Part shown: positions 25,013 to 38,559 of the stretch, in pieces
Position numbering within the stretch: the first letter of the stretch is position 1
How the letters are laid out: every line of letters begins with the position of its first letter
Assembly: GCF_009834535.1 (NCBI RefSeq)
Contig: NC_045697.1
Location: 11,100,001 to 11,164,000 of the forward strand
DNA: 64,000 nucleotides
Origin: Camelus ferus
Taxonomy: Eukaryota
Reading direction: 5' to 3'
Notes under the pieces: model-generated
Seen by the model: the letters and a program-made list of their open reading frames with translations, nothing else
Databases searched by the model: none
What the model was told of the DNA's origin: nothing
Program-made: the position numbers and the translations under genes

Positions 25013-25679
25013 ACAGGCAGCAATGACTCCGCCTAGCACACAAATACATGAATAAGTGTCAATCCGCAGCTACACAAATTTTAAAATGAGTATAATTTGC
25101 TCAACAGACATCAGAAACGTTACAGTCTACTGAATACCGATGGCATTTATTGGCATGATTTGTTTGATGGAGAATGACAGCCTTCGAACAGCCCCATATT
25201 TGGCATTTCACAAAAATGCACATATTCAGCCAGCTTGCAGCAGCGACGCCTCAAAGCTGTGATGCGGACATCAGCCACAGTGGCTGGTAGCCAGTCCCGG
25301 TGTAGACAGGGCTGCCGGGTTTATGAACATGTATATTTAAAATGTAACAGGTGAAAAAAAAATCATGTTTGTGTGCAGAAGTCAATTTTTCTGTATCAAA
25401 TGGATCATTTCCTTCTCTTACAGAAAATGTTTATTGTTCTGTGAGTAAAACATCTTTGAAAAATGGAATCTGGTTCTTAAGGGCTTGACATCATATGGGC
25501 TTGACTTGTTGGTTAACTGAATACCCTACGCAAGCCTTAATATTTCTGTGTTGAGCATCACAGGATGGAAAAGCAGAGAGCATGGCATTTTGAGCTCCTG
25601 TCACCTACCCTCTTCCCTGCTCAGACAGGGACAGGCCAGGAGAGGTGAGGGCAAGGCTACTTAGCTTAGAATTTCACTG

Positions 25680-26510
25680 GAGCTGCACTGTCCAATATGG
25701 CCACCAGTTGCTGGCGGCCATTGAGCACCTGAGATGTGGCCATTGAGACTGGGGAACTGGAAATTTTATTTAATTTTAATTGATGTAAAGTTAAATTTAA
25801 AAATAAAAGCAGTCCAAAATCCTTGTCCATCAAATACAGTTATGATGTTGGTAGGAGTACATTTCCATGTAACTATTGCATCTCATAAGATAATATCATC
25901 ATTTTGCAGTGAGAGTGTCGGGTATATCTGTTGTTTCTGCTATTATACATAAACACATCGTGCAAGGTGTGTTGGTTCCTGTCAACAGATTGATTCAGCT
26001 TGAATGATTTTTTTCTTTGCACCAGATAGCACTGTAATATGTTTACTTCAATATCTTATGCAGACAGCACAAGTTACAGGGAAATGTAGGCAAATTTTAA
26101 TTGGGAATTCAATTAAAATAATTGTACTAAGTATAAATTATAACATTAGTTTCTAGTTAAAACAAATAAGTACAGATAGGTTTTAAAATGTAAACTAATA
26201 GTACTGATGCAAAATCTAGGGGGAAATGACAAACCAGTTCTACAACCAGACAGGTTAAAAAGAAAATAAGAGAGAGATCAGAAAAAGGAATATCACAACT
26301 TCCAGGAGGAATGCTGACCGACCGCAAGTTACTGCAGCAGAACAGTACAAAGCTGTCTTTTGTGCAAAAGAAAAGTTAAAGCTAATAAAGTAGGCAATAT
26401 AAAGAGACATTTTCATCAAATACCAGTAGATTTGAAAAGAGTTTATCCCCTCAATACTCCAAAAGCATTGCTACTAGAAAAGTTGATTCCTAGAAAAATT
26501 AAAATTACAC
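25680..26510 (+). mobile_element. hAT-Charlie (Charlie1/MER3-MER33 family) DNA transposon left part with decayed transposase start
   Basis: Left end 'ctgcactgtccaatatggcc...ccattgagcacctgagatgtggcc...ttttatttaattttaatt'; broken frames EYHNFQEE...KAVF / LCKRKVKANKVGNIKRHFHQ...VYP at ~26290-26450. Confidence 0.82.
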
Positions 26511-26539
26511 TTAGAGTTGGCATGATTATCAGTCATGGT

Positions 26540-26960
26540 GCCAGTAGGTGCTCAGTCTTCAATCTGTCCTGAATCTCCTCCCATCACCACTGTCACCCCA
26601 TAGGTGTCACCTATCGCTGCTCACTTGCTCTAAGGAGATCCCTACCTAGCTGGTCTTCTGGCTTCACGCTTGCCTCCTTGCAGCCCATTGTCTGCTTAGT
26701 GACCAATGAAATCTTTTAAATCAGATTTCTCATTCCCACCACACTTAGAAAACACACCAGACCTGCAACAAGGCTGACAGGACCTGTATAAACAGCTCAT
26801 GTCGGTTCTAACTGCTTTTCTCCCCACTTCCCCCACCACCCCAGCCTTCCTTCTGCCTCTTGGAAGGTATCCAGCTTGTTCCCATCTCAAGGCCTTTGGA
26901 TCCACTGTCCCCTTTGTCTGAAGCATTCGTTCCCCAGCTCTGCATGTATCGTGGATTAAA
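26540..26960 (+). mobile_element. L2 fragment
   Basis: 'cctacctagctggtcttctggcttcacgcttgcctccttgcagcccatt...catctcaaggcctttggatccactgtcccctttgtctgaagcatt'. Confidence 0.7.
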
Positions 26961-27266
26961 CAAATAAGTGGAGGTGGGGGAGGAGTGAATCGGATTAGGC
27001 AGAATTGCATTCATCCATTCAGTGTCATAGACACTCATCCGTTTATTCCAACGAACAAACATAACTTAGTTCCTGCAATTTGCCAGGTACTAGTTAGGAG
27101 TTGGGAAGCCAGATTTTTTTTTTTTTTTTTTTAAAAAACCTTCTCTCTATAGGAAATAGAAGGGAAAATGGCTTCTGTTGCTGTTTTCTGCTTTCCCAAA
27201 TTTTAGGAAGACTAAATTTATCTATAGCTAAGTCATTGCCATGATTTTATGTTATCAGTATATTGG

Positions 27267-27320
27267 AAACAAACAAACAAACAAACAAACAAACAAAACA
27301 AACTAAAAACGAAACAAAAA
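27267..27320. repeat. (AAAC)n microsatellite
   Basis: aaacaaacaaacaaacaaacaaacaaacaaaac. Confidence 0.9.
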
Positions 27321-27969
27321 CTAGGGCTCCTAAGCAGAATATAAAAAGTTAATGATGTTAGGAGTCTCAGCCTGGGTTGGAAACAGAAAACAGAAACTCC
27401 AGTCCAATCAACGGGATGCAAGAGATCAGCGGAACAGGTTCCTCCTGGGCAGGGGCCATATCTTATTAAGTTTTGTATCCTCAGTGCCAGCTCTGTGGTA
27501 GGAATTCAGCAAATTCCTGCTAAATTGAAATCATCACTTACAATAAGTCCTTAATAGGACTGTGAATTCCTTGAAGGCAGGGTCCCTGATGGTAAGTCTC
27601 TGCATCCTTGAGGCCTCCTATGTACCCAGAGTCTCCATAATTGTTTCTGTGCATTGTGCCTAAAAGCTCAAGTCTTAAACGTATCAGGCACATGACATAA
27701 TGTGTGAAGCAAGCCAGATGTGAGACATCAGTGATGGAGATTGGGAGACTGGGGACATGGGGCCCCATCTATTGGGGCCTAGCGTTGCCAGATCTTCTGA
27801 TCTTTTTGTTTCTTTCAAAAGATCCAATTTAGATTTTTACAGGAATATTGGCAATTATTTCAGAAGTGTTTGAAAGCACTTTGCAAACGAACACATGGGC
27901 AGGCCACTTTGGGCTCAATGGGTGGTCAGATTGTGATTTTGGTGTTAAGCAAAGGGGAAAGGAGTCCAC

Positions 27970-28190
27970 CCTTGTTAAGCATCTATCCATGTAGCAAGTG
28001 TTGCACTAGGACCTTGCTGTACGTATCTCCTGGTGCCTCCCGGCCTCCCTGAGGAATGCATATCGTTAGCTCCATTCACAGCAGAGAACATAGGGCACAG
28101 AAGGGTTAAGTGATGCGCTCAAGGTCACTTAAGCAGTAAGTTGGCTTGGCAGGGGCTGAAAATCAAAGCTACTGATCTTTCCAATATATT
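27970..28190 (-). mobile_element. MIR SINE
   Basis: 'ggcacagaagggttaagtgatgcgctcaaggtcac'. Confidence 0.7.
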
Positions 28191-29159
28191 GGGCTACCTT
28201 CTAATTATGGACACCAGGCTAATTCTTAAACAGAAACAGAGAAAAAAAAATCTCTTTCTAAGAGGCCCAGCAAATGGGCCTGAATTTTAGGATGGGGTCA
28301 TATTTTAAACTTGAACAGAAGCACCGCTTGGGCAATGGTGGCCAAAGAAGAACTTGTTCTTACATATGTCAAGGTTTTGTTGTACTTTCTTCAAGCGGGT
28401 AAAGACCAAAACTGCTTTTCAGTGCGAAAGTTGTATGTATGAAAAAGGTCTGAGATGCATTTGGCAGTTGGCTCTTTCTCTCTCTGGTTTGCAAAGTTCA
28501 TTTTGCAGACATGTGCTTTTGCTTAGAAATGCGCAGAGCTGGATAAATCACTGCATTGGCGTCCCCAGAGCCAGCTCCATTAATTTTCTTGGCATGATCT
28601 CACCACTTAAGTCAACATGACTTAAGAGTTTATATAACATTTTATTAGGCTTTAATTCCATATTTTTCCTGAATTTCAATGTTCATCTGTTGGGTAGAAA
28701 ATAAATGCTACTCGAGCCTAAAAGATGAATGTTTTTGAACCCTAATTTATTATTAATTAATTCATTTAGCTAATTCTAATTTTAAGTAGGCAGGAGAGAG
28801 AGTTATGAACACTTCTGGAGGAAAAAAATCATATGTATATTATATGTAATATAAATATACAGAGACACATACATGTATATAGCAAACTACAATACAATCA
28901 GCCTTCTGAGAAAAGTAAGCAGACAGAAGTTTAATGTTTAATATAGAAAAATAGAATCATTTTACTGTGACTCTGAGTCATGTGACTCTGGTGATGATAT
29001 TCAACTACTTTGTCTCCTAAGTCCTGACCTCTTGCTTTGTAATCCTTACCAGACTTTAACTAACCATGTAGCCCATTTAAAGAAAAAAAAAAAAAAAGGA
29101 ACTAATATTATCAGAGCTCAACTAATTGGAAATCTACTGTATGGACAAAATCGTTAGAC

Positions 29160-29275
29160 CAGTGGATCTCGGCAAACAATGATTTTGCTCCCCAGGGGAC
29201 AATTAGCAGTGTCCTGAAGGCATCTTTGGTTGTCATGATTTGGGGAAGTTGCTACTGGCATCTAGTAGGTAGATG
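29160..29275 (+). mobile_element. MER20 (hAT-Charlie) 5' half
   Basis: 'gattttgctccccaggggacaattagcagtgtc...tttggttgtcatg...tgctactggcatctagtaggtaga'. Confidence 0.82.
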
Positions 29276-29856
29276 CAAACTACAAAACAGAAAAGTGTGA
29301 CAGGAGAGTTCGCCCTGAAGATAAAGAGATTATGCAGCCATTTTTCATCTCAGAGGGAAAAGAAGGTACATATTTTCCCAGTTTCTCTGGTGCAGAAATT
29401 TTATCTGGCAGCTGGATATTGGCGATGCTCCCACCATTGTAGAGAAGGCATGAAATTCAGGAAGGCTGAGCACAAGACCCAGATTTTGCACAGACCACTG
29501 AGTGGTCTTAGGCAAGGCCTTTAAGCTCAACGTCTTGACTTATAAATGGGGCTGAGGATAACGATACCTGCCCATTGATCTCACAAGACATTGAGAAAAT
29601 TAAATGAGATCATGCCTGTCAGGCCTTATCAGATGTCGCTACCACTACCATCGTTATCATCGTCATTCAGGAGAATCACAAATGTCCATGTTAAAGTAAC
29701 ACAGTATCCTTTCTCATTCATTCTTTTTTTTTCTTTCATTAATTTATTCAGCAAGCATTTACTGTGCGTCCTGCTAGGTTTAGGGGTTACAAATATGAGC
29801 AAGACATCGATACCTTATTCCCTTCGTGTGTCAATTCCTACTTTCCATTGTTTTCT

Positions 29857-29977
29857 TTTTTGGGGGGAGATAATTAGGTTTATTTATTTATATTTAGTGG
29901 AGGTACTGGGGATTGAACCCAGGACCCGGTGCTTGCTAAGCATGCGCTCTACCATTGGAGCTATACCCTGCCCCCCA
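29857..29977 (-). mobile_element. tRNA-derived SINE, Vic-1-like full form
   Basis: 'ggaggtactggggattgaacccaggacc...gctaagcatgcgctctacca...gagctatacc'; TSD ccattgttttct (29845-29856) / ccactgtcttct (29978-29989). Confidence 0.92.
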
Positions 29978-32099
29978 CCACTGTCTTCTCATAATTGCTG
30001 TGCCGAATAAGAAAAACGAATATGGGTGTGGACGATGTAGACAAGTCCTGGATTCCTCATCCCGTAGTCCCTTTCATAACCAGTGACCCTCAGAGAAGGA
30101 CACAGGTGAGACTAGGAATGGCTGGACGTGTATTGGGCTGAGTTAGGAAACAGGCTGCATAAATTATTTGCAGATCCACTCACAGGCTCACTCTTTTTTC
30201 CAGAAGCACCAGGAAGACAGCCATTGTCCTACACAGGATTGTGGAGAATACTTCCACGTGAGAGCAGAGCTTCCGGCCACACTCATTTAATCCTTGTGAG
30301 GATCTGTGGCTTGACTTCTGAATTTAAAGACTGTTTACCCACATCCTTTCCAACCTTCCTTCCAACACCCAGGAAGAATGACTCTGCTCGACCTCCGACA
30401 CTCACGGTCCCCGTGACAGTGCTTTGACCATGACTCCTCATGCTGTACATGGTGCAGACTTGTGCATGTACAGTTACATATTGAATGTATCTGTCCCCAC
30501 TGCTACACAGTGAACCAAGGAACAGAAGAAAAGAAGTAGACAGTTCTGGACAAACAGCCTCCTTGTGCCAAGTACATCACCATGTCGATGGTTTTCAACT
30601 TCAGAAATGCATCAGAACCTTTTTGAAAGCTTTACAGAAATTTGGAGGCTGCAAAGCACAGTGGTCAGGATATGGACTGGAGTCAAATGCCAGCTTCCGC
30701 TTACCTGTCCATAGGGTTGTTGTGAATATTAAACGAGGTAATTTATGCAAACTAGAACAGTGTGTGTGGCCCAGTAAGTGTTTGCTGTGGCCACTATTAC
30801 TAGCGCTGCCACTATTTTTATTGTTAGCATCATCATCATTACCATCACAAGAGGCCCTGGGCCCCAGCCCAGTAGCATTCCATCTGTTTCAAGGAATGAG
30901 GGCCCAAGCATCAGTGTTTATTTCAAAAGCTCTGCAAGTTTGAAAATCATTGACTTAGCACGCAGTTGGCTCTCCAGTAACAGAAGAATAAATGAAGGAT
31001 TGAATGAAATGAAGACCACATGTCACAGATAGAAACTGAGTCAAGAAAGAATGAGACAGGGAGATCCCTTGGCAGTAAGAAGGCTGACCCTGAAGGACAT
31101 TGGCAGAAGGGCTCACGGAAGCTTCTTCTCTGGGACCTTTAATTAATGGGGCAGGTAACGTTCATTCTTGGAAAGTTTCCACGCGGATTCTAGCCTGGAG
31201 CCAAAGGAAGCCTTTGATGAACTCTTGGTCCCCTTCCAGCCTTTCAATTATTTATTTCTCCTTTCTAGAAGACAGAGGTAGAAGAGAAGGTAACTGACTG
31301 TGAGAAAACTCTGGATTCATTCTAGGCACATTCTCTTTGTAAATATCTTTCTGTTTCCATGTCACCCAGGAAGAGTTTGGTTGACACCCCACTCAGGCCA
31401 TGCCTCACCGCTGTGCCCATCCATTCAGTAAGCACATTGACTCTGAACATTCATCACATCCCACCTCGTCCTGGGAGTTAGATTCTTATTGATCTTTGCC
31501 CCAAATCCAGCGCAGAAAATGCTCAACAATCGTTTATCAAACGATGAAAATAACCCAAACAACACTCAATGTGGATGGCAGCTCAGTAGTAAGCACTGGC
31601 CATAAACTGCTGACCTCCCTGCCCTCCCATTCCTGATGTTTATGAGCCCACCTCCATCTTCCCGCACACAGTGCCTCGCATCAATTAACATGTGGTGAAA
31701 ATACCGCATCCAATCATAACAAGCAGTGAGGGATAGTTCAAAAGTATACTTCATGTTACAGAGTTTTATTTTCCTTGAATGAGAGGATGATTTGGAACAT
31801 TATAATAACAAACAGAAAAGAGGGCCCCTCCTGCCAAGATCCGCTACTGACTTGCTGGACCCTGGAAGAGAAACTGAACTACTCTGAGCATTTGTTTCCT
31901 AGAGTCAAAGGATAAAGAAAAGGAAGATTTTCTTCCAGGGAGCCTAAAGCACTTCCTTTTGTATGCTTTCCTTGGTTCTCACAGTTTCCCTTAAAAGCCT
32001 GAGTGATTCTTGCCAAGGAACAGGCATGCTAAATGGTTTGCTGTAAAGTGAATTCCAAGTCAAAATGAAAGTCAGAGGGAGAAGCACTCTCCTTGACTT

Positions 32100-32306
32100 T
32101 GCTGATTGGCTGGTAAATGTTGAACAGTCACCTCTCTGGAAACAAGCAAGCCCTGATTTGCAGTGCTCACCAATTCCTGGGGTGTAAACACTCCCACTGT
32201 GGCAGGTTTCAAGGTACGAGCCAGATGTACCTCAGAACAGAGTTGGGAAGAGAGGCTTACAGAGGACTGTGGTGGACTGTTGACGACTGGCCCCAGCACA
32301 AGCCAG
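32100..32306. mobile_element. MER63A-like hAT-Blackjack MITE
   Basis: 'gctggtaaatgttgaaca...aagccctgatttgcagtg...gtgtaaacactcccac...tttcaag...gagttgggaagaga...ccagcaca'. Confidence 0.8.
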
Positions 32307-34466
32307 CACCTCATCATCCTCATAGACGTCAGAGGGCGGAGGCTCCCACCTCTTCCATACCACCTTCAGGACATGCACAAGTCCAGTTCTTGAAGCTGTT
32401 ATATTTCAAAGCACAGTGCATCTTCCATGAAGCTCCCTGAAGGCAACATGGCAGCCTCGTGTCTCCGGCTGGCACAGTGGAGCATCAATAACCAGCGGCT
32501 TCCAAGGAATATACAGATAAATTTGTAACTTGAGATGCTTTAAAATGACACTTGTCATGCCAGAAAAAATATGTTCTCACTATCATGCCTGCTCAGATAA
32601 GTTTGGAGGTACCTGATTTTGTCTAGATATACGATCTAAACCTCCCAGACTGTCGGGCTGGCAAGAGTCAATTCTCAGGCAGTTCCAAGGAGTAAATCTT
32701 TCCTTAAGGTCTACACAATTTCCCTGAGTGGCAGAGTGGCAGTTATCCCCCTGGGAAAGCCGGTCTAAGCAGTGACCACCATATTAACACAGATCAATAT
32801 GAGTTATTAACAATTTCTTCCCCGCTTCCTGGGAAGACATGTTGGGGTTGGAGGGGCAAAGTGGGTTTAAGTTTAGATAAAGCAAGAAAAAAAATGAGAA
32901 TTGGAAAAGATGTGGAACATAACATTGGGGCAAGGGCAGGACAGCGGTGGGGCATTTGGGACATTTGAAGGAGTCAGGAACATGCAAATGAAGGGCCGGC
33001 TGGGAACAAAGACCTGGCTGATCTGAACTAGAAACGAGTTCGTAAGTTCTTGAGTTTCCATTTCATCTGTTACCAATGAGTTTTTTTTTTTTTAATCAAG
33101 AAAGACCACCCAATATCTCATCACCTTCAGATAAGAGATTTTTAAAAATCCCTGTTACTCACATTTGCATTCCCGTGGTGAAAGTCCTGTCTGCGAGGCA
33201 TAAAACAGTGGCCCATATTCAAATCTCTCATACCCTTTCCCCACCCTGCCAGGGCCTGCGTAATAATCGATGTTGCCCAGAGGCACACGTGTACTCTCTG
33301 CATGATTCCAGAGACTCCAGACTGGCTTCTCCACAGAGATTCCCCATCCACTGCGCTAGGCACCCCGCCTTGTTTTCAGTAGTGAAAGTTCAAACAGTGG
33401 GAACGCCTTCGCGAAAAGAACGCGCTAAGATAATCCACATAACTGGACTAGGCGCTTCCTTTCCTGCCGTGACGACAGGCAAGGCACACACAGCCGTGTG
33501 CCTGGGAGAGGCAGGAGGCTGCGGTGTGCAGACGGACGGAGCGAGCAGAATGAGATCACAAAGTGACCAGGAGTGTGGGCGCAGAGCGCTGGTGAAGGGA
33601 TTTCTGGGGGAGCTCCATCCTTGCCCCAGCATGTGGGCCACTTCCACCTCCGACACCCTGGCCAGTGGGTGCTTCAGGGATGTGGAGATTTTTGAAGTCT
33701 ATTTCTGGCAGATGGAAGGTGTAGAGGTCTGGAGGCTGGCCCGGATTCAGAAAGTTGGAGAGGATGGGGTATCTGAGTGTGAGCTCTGAGAAGGGGCTGA
33801 GGGGGCTGAATGCCTGCTGGGGGGCCAGCTGGGAGAGGACTGCTCGGCTGGCCTGAGCCTGCACCCTAGAGGCCGTGAGGACAAGTGCCATGTGCATGTC
33901 CTAGGAGCCAGATAAGCCAAGGGAGAGGGAGGGCAGGCCCAATAAAGTTGTTCAGCAGGTGTTGGCTGAAAGCCAGGGCTTAGGACCAGACACATCAACC
34001 TGGGCCAGGGAACTGCAGGAGGGAGGGGACCATGAGGGAACACATCTCCTTTCCTATTGGTTGGCCTCAGCCTATCCAGGGTCTCCCTTTTGAATATTTG
34101 CCATGCCTGGAACATGAAACCCTCCCTCCAGCCAAATGTGAACCATCCTAGCACAACCCTTCACCCACCTTAGACCCTGAAAGACAGTAAACCAGAGGCT
34201 GCAGGTGAGGGAAGGACGAAGGTGAGAAGAAAAGCAAGAAGAAGAGAAATGCTTTCCTTTCCCCCTGCATCTTTCAGTTTGAACCAAGTCTGAGCTGCAC
34301 AGGAGAGAAGACCTATCAGAGCCCAAGTTTTGGCTGAGACTCAGCGTTTGATATGCCAGTAGCTAAATTGAGACCATGTTTGAAGCTCAAAGTAGCTGGA
34401 TTGTACCTAAGAAGGAGCAGAAAAGATGTGGCTAGCATCCCCCAGGGATGGAGGGAGAAAATCCCC

Positions 34467-34896
34467 TGTAGTGGGTTGAATAGTAGTCCCCCCAAAAGAT
34501 ATGTCCACCTGGAATCTAGAAAAGTGAACTTTTATGGACAAAGGGGTGGGAGGGTTGTAGCGGCACTCAAGGTAAGGACATGAGATCATTGTGGAGTAGA
34601 GTGGGTCGTAAAGCCAATAAGTCCTTTAAAGAGATGAGAAGGGAAAACAGACACAGAGACACAGGGAAGGGGTCCAGGTGAAGACAGAGGCAGAAATAGG
34701 AGGGCTGTGTCTACAAACCCAGGATTGCTGGAAGTCACTGGAGCTGGGAGAGAGGCAGGGAACAGAGCCTTAGCCCTGCAGACACCTGAATTTTGACTCC
34801 TGGCCTCCCTCCAGAATTGTGAGAGAGTAAATTTCCATTGTTTTAAGCAACCGGGTTGGCAACACCTCGGTGTAGCATCCACAAGAAACACACACA
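34467..34896 (+). mobile_element. MaLR solo LTR, MLT1B/C-like
   Basis: Starts tgtagtgggttgaatagtagtcccccaaaagatatgtcca; 3' 'ccagaattgtgagagagtaaatttccattgttttaagcaacc'. Confidence 0.88.
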
Positions 34897-36343
34897 ACTC
34901 GAAGTAAGTTTGAAGAGATGATGAGGAAACAAAATAAGGTGGTGTGTTTTCATAATCCACACGGCAAGCTCGAGCCAGGGGTCTTTACTTCCCTCCTCTG
35001 GCTCACCTGAGGCCATAATTAAAAGAGAAAGCCCCACCGCCCAGTTGTGGCACCAGAATGCTGCCCAAGGCGGGATCAGAAGACCCGGGGCATCGCTGAG
35101 AAGGAAAGAAGGCCTCACATGCCTGGAGATGTCTCCCCAACCCCGCCCCGGCTGGCTGCAGCCTCAGGAGGGCTCCCCTCCTCCCTCACGCTCGAGGAGA
35201 AACCACGCCTCAGCGGCTGCAGCTCAAACCCACACAGATGAAGGCGGCTTCCTGCCCTCAGAGCGAGTCACTTCTCCGCTGCTTCTCTGGGTGGGTCCTG
35301 CTTCACTGCTATCTGCTACCGTGGAAATGTCTGCCCATGCTTGGGTTTCTGCTCGCTGGGGCTTTACCCCAGTTCCCTATCGTTAGGGGGCAGTTTTATG
35401 GAGACAGATTCTCGGAGAGAAAATCCACAGTATCTTGCAAAAGCTAAGACATGGAAAGACCCAGGGAGGGAGGGGTTTCAAAGAGCAGCAAATTATACAC
35501 GTGCTGGTCCAAAAGACACTCTGCCATCCCGCCCCCTTGACTCTGCTTTGACAGGACAGGTTGCAGCTGTTTTTTCACAGAGCCTCACTGTGTTTTTAAA
35601 AATGGCAGGGAAAGGCAAAGAAAAGGACCTTGTTCCATCCACATGGGTTGGCTTGGGGTTTTCCCTTTGATGGGGGAGGGGGTCTGGAGGGGTGGACATG
35701 CGCACAAGCTGGTTAGTGAGAGCCCTGACTGCTGGGTTTACCTTTAGATTAAGAGCATTACTCCAGGGTATCTGGGAATGTCAGAGATGACTCAGTCCCA
35801 TTTTAATTTTGTTTGTAGAGGAGTAAAGTGAAGCACAGAGTGGGTGAGTGATTTGCCAAATGACACACAGAGACAGGGAGTGACAGGACTTGTGTCACAG
35901 CCCAGAACTCTTCCATCTCTAGGCCTGGTCCTAATGTTCTCAGGGTGACTTCGTCTAGTATCTGACAGAGCTAAGAAGGCATTTCTGTCCCATCAGGGTG
36001 GCTCCCCACTGTTGCTGACCAGCGGGAGGGAAGTGTTTCCCGAGCCCTTGCAGTGCGTGAGCCCAGGGCTGCAAGCTTTACCTGGATGTTTCTGCTCTGT
36101 GCTTTTTTTTTGTCTGCTCTGTGCTCTTGAAAAACCCACAAGGCAACATGCAGGCATCATTCTCATTTTAGGACTGAGGGCCCTGGGGTCTGGAGAGGAG
36201 GAACAGTTTGGCTTGGGATCTCCCAATTCCCCATTTGGTGTCCTTTCTGTGGCACCTGACACTTCTGCCCCATGATGAGGAGGAGGGGGCAGTGGCAGAG
36301 TTCTTGTCAATACTGGTGTAATAACTCTGCCTCTGTGTCCTGA

Positions 36344-36578
36344 TCTGAGGTCAGTAAACTTTGGCCTGAGGTCCGTCTCATTATAATGGCCCTTCACTTG
36401 TTCTTATAAATAAAGTTTTATTGGAACATAGCCATGCACATTCATTTGAGTGTCTTCTGTACTTGCTTATTTGTTACCATGCCAGACTTGAGTGGGTGTG
36501 ACAGAGACCTAATGGTCTGCAAAGCCTAAAATATTTTCTGTGTGATTCTTTACAGAAAATTTATGCCACCCTTTGCTC
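36344..36578. mobile_element. MER58A hAT MITE
   Basis: 'taaataaagttttattggaacatagccatgc...gtgacagagacc...gcaaagcctaaaatatt...ctttacagaaaa'. Confidence 0.88.
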
Positions 36579-37124
36579 TACATCATAGATGAAGAAGCTG
36601 AATGGAACCTAGCCCACGATCTGCTCTGCGGCCACCACTGGAAACCTTTGCCAAGTGGTCCGTGATCACCACTCCTTATAGTCAGTGCTTGTCCAGAGCC
36701 AGGATGCAAAGAATTACTGATATAAACCAGTCCGAGCCAAATGGCAGCACTGTTAGTCCGTTCAGTAGTTCATTCTCCACTAACATAAGCCAAATGACCC
36801 TGAACGGCATTTCCAAATGTCTATCACCTCCTTTACTTTGGAAGACATCTCTTTACTTATTTCTGCAAATCTCTTATTTCAGAGGCTGACTGCCACACGT
36901 CTTCACCCAACAAGTAGGAAGCCCCCTCTGCTGTGCTCTCTGCTGGGCACCCTCCAGGGTAGTTAAGGTGAGGTCACAGCGCAGTGGCCTCACTGGGATC
37001 TGGGAAGCAGCCACAATCACTTGCTAATAACAGTAGTTCACATCCTGAAGCTTAGGGCTAACTGACTATTAAATAAAAAACCAGACCCAATTCCTGTTTT
37101 CAGTAAACCGTGGAAACCTGCCCT

Positions 37125-37375
37125 GGGGCGTGGAAACAGTTAAAGATGGCAGACCCTGATTGAATCAAGACTGCCTCGGTTTAAATCCCAGTTTCACGGC
37201 TTTTTACCTGCAAAGTTTGGGGCAAATCACCCTGAGCCACGATGTCCTCATCTGTAAAATGGGGGTACTAATAGTACTTATCTGGAAAAAAGATTTTTTG
37301 TGGAGCTTAAATTCTTTAAAAAATGTGTCACTCAGTAGGAGGATGCTTGACAGGTAGACTATGTGCAGACTAGCT
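37125..37375 (+). mobile_element. MIR SINE
   Basis: 'gactgcctcggtttaaatcccagtt...cctcatctgtaaaatgggggtactaatagtac'. Confidence 0.85.
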
Positions 37376-38559
37376 ATTGTCACTTACTGAGCGTCTAAAA
37401 TATGCAGGAGTCTTCTAAGAGCTTTGCCTGGGTCATCTTGAACCTGTAACCCTGAAGCTGTCACCTGATTTATGGTAGCCTCCTTTCGAGAAAGGAGGAA
37501 TTAGTCACATCTGGTGTTTGGGAAAGGGTGGAGAACCCAAAGCTTGTGTTATCTGTGATATTCAGAAATAGATCTTTGACTGGATGATATCATTGCTCAA
37601 GTGGTGGGAAAGCAACTTTTTAAAGTAGCACACGTAGAAATAAGAGCTTAGAATTTGAACTCCATTTTCTTAATTTCTTCTGAAACATTTAGAGGAGGGC
37701 TTATTAAAATCATAGATCTATCCTTGAACGTAGGTCAACTGGACGAGCATCATCTGTCAAGTGTACCTTGGAAGAAAAAAGTCTGGCAAATCTCTATTCT
37801 TACGTAGAATCACATTTCCCTTTCAGTCTGTCATGAGTTTCCTCCTCTGTACAGAGCCAGGCTCCCAGGTTCGTTGTGAGAGAGAAACGAGCTACTTCGC
37901 GGAAAACCTGCTACACGCAGCAGGATGGACCCACTGTCACCACCAGAACCCTCAGCTCACCTGCCACTGTCCCATCAAGTCTGGGCTCCCTCGGCAGCCA
38001 GAACCCAAGCACCCGCTGGTGCAGGCCTCAGCCAGTGCCCCAGAGAAGGAAACAAACCTACAATTAGAACCTTGGGCTGAAGGTGTGCAAACGGATGAGC
38101 ATTCCATGCCGACACTGTCTGGGAGCTCGAATGGCTAGAATCCCATACTCTTCATCGTCAGAAGGGCCTGGTGGGTGAATCACGGAGCCACGCCCCTCCC
38201 CAGTGGCATGTGGGGTCCACGCCACTGGGAACTGTGCGAGAGCTCAGGGGACACAGCGCACACAAAGATGCTACCATGTCCCATAAGCCGTCCGCATGAA
38301 GCTCCTTCACAAGCAGTTGGGTGACTGGGATGCCATTAGGGTGCACAGGCCAGGTTCAAGCAGTAATAGTCGCTTTCCGCACAGGATGAAAGCGGTCGGC
38401 GGCCGGCTTGCTGCTGTTTTAATGAGTCAACATTCTCATCATTTAGCAGGAAAATGCTGCCTGGTGTGCAGTGGGATGCCATTTCCAGAGCTGCCTCCTG
38501 CTCCTTGGCCGGGTACATGGAGGAGAACAAGACTCCAGTGACAGTGACAACAGCAGCAG

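Noticed and set aside
33076..33789. Longest ORF (237 aa)
   Set aside because: No recognisable domain, starts in a poly-T run, no supporting exon structure; consistent with a chance stop-free frame in GC-richer DNA
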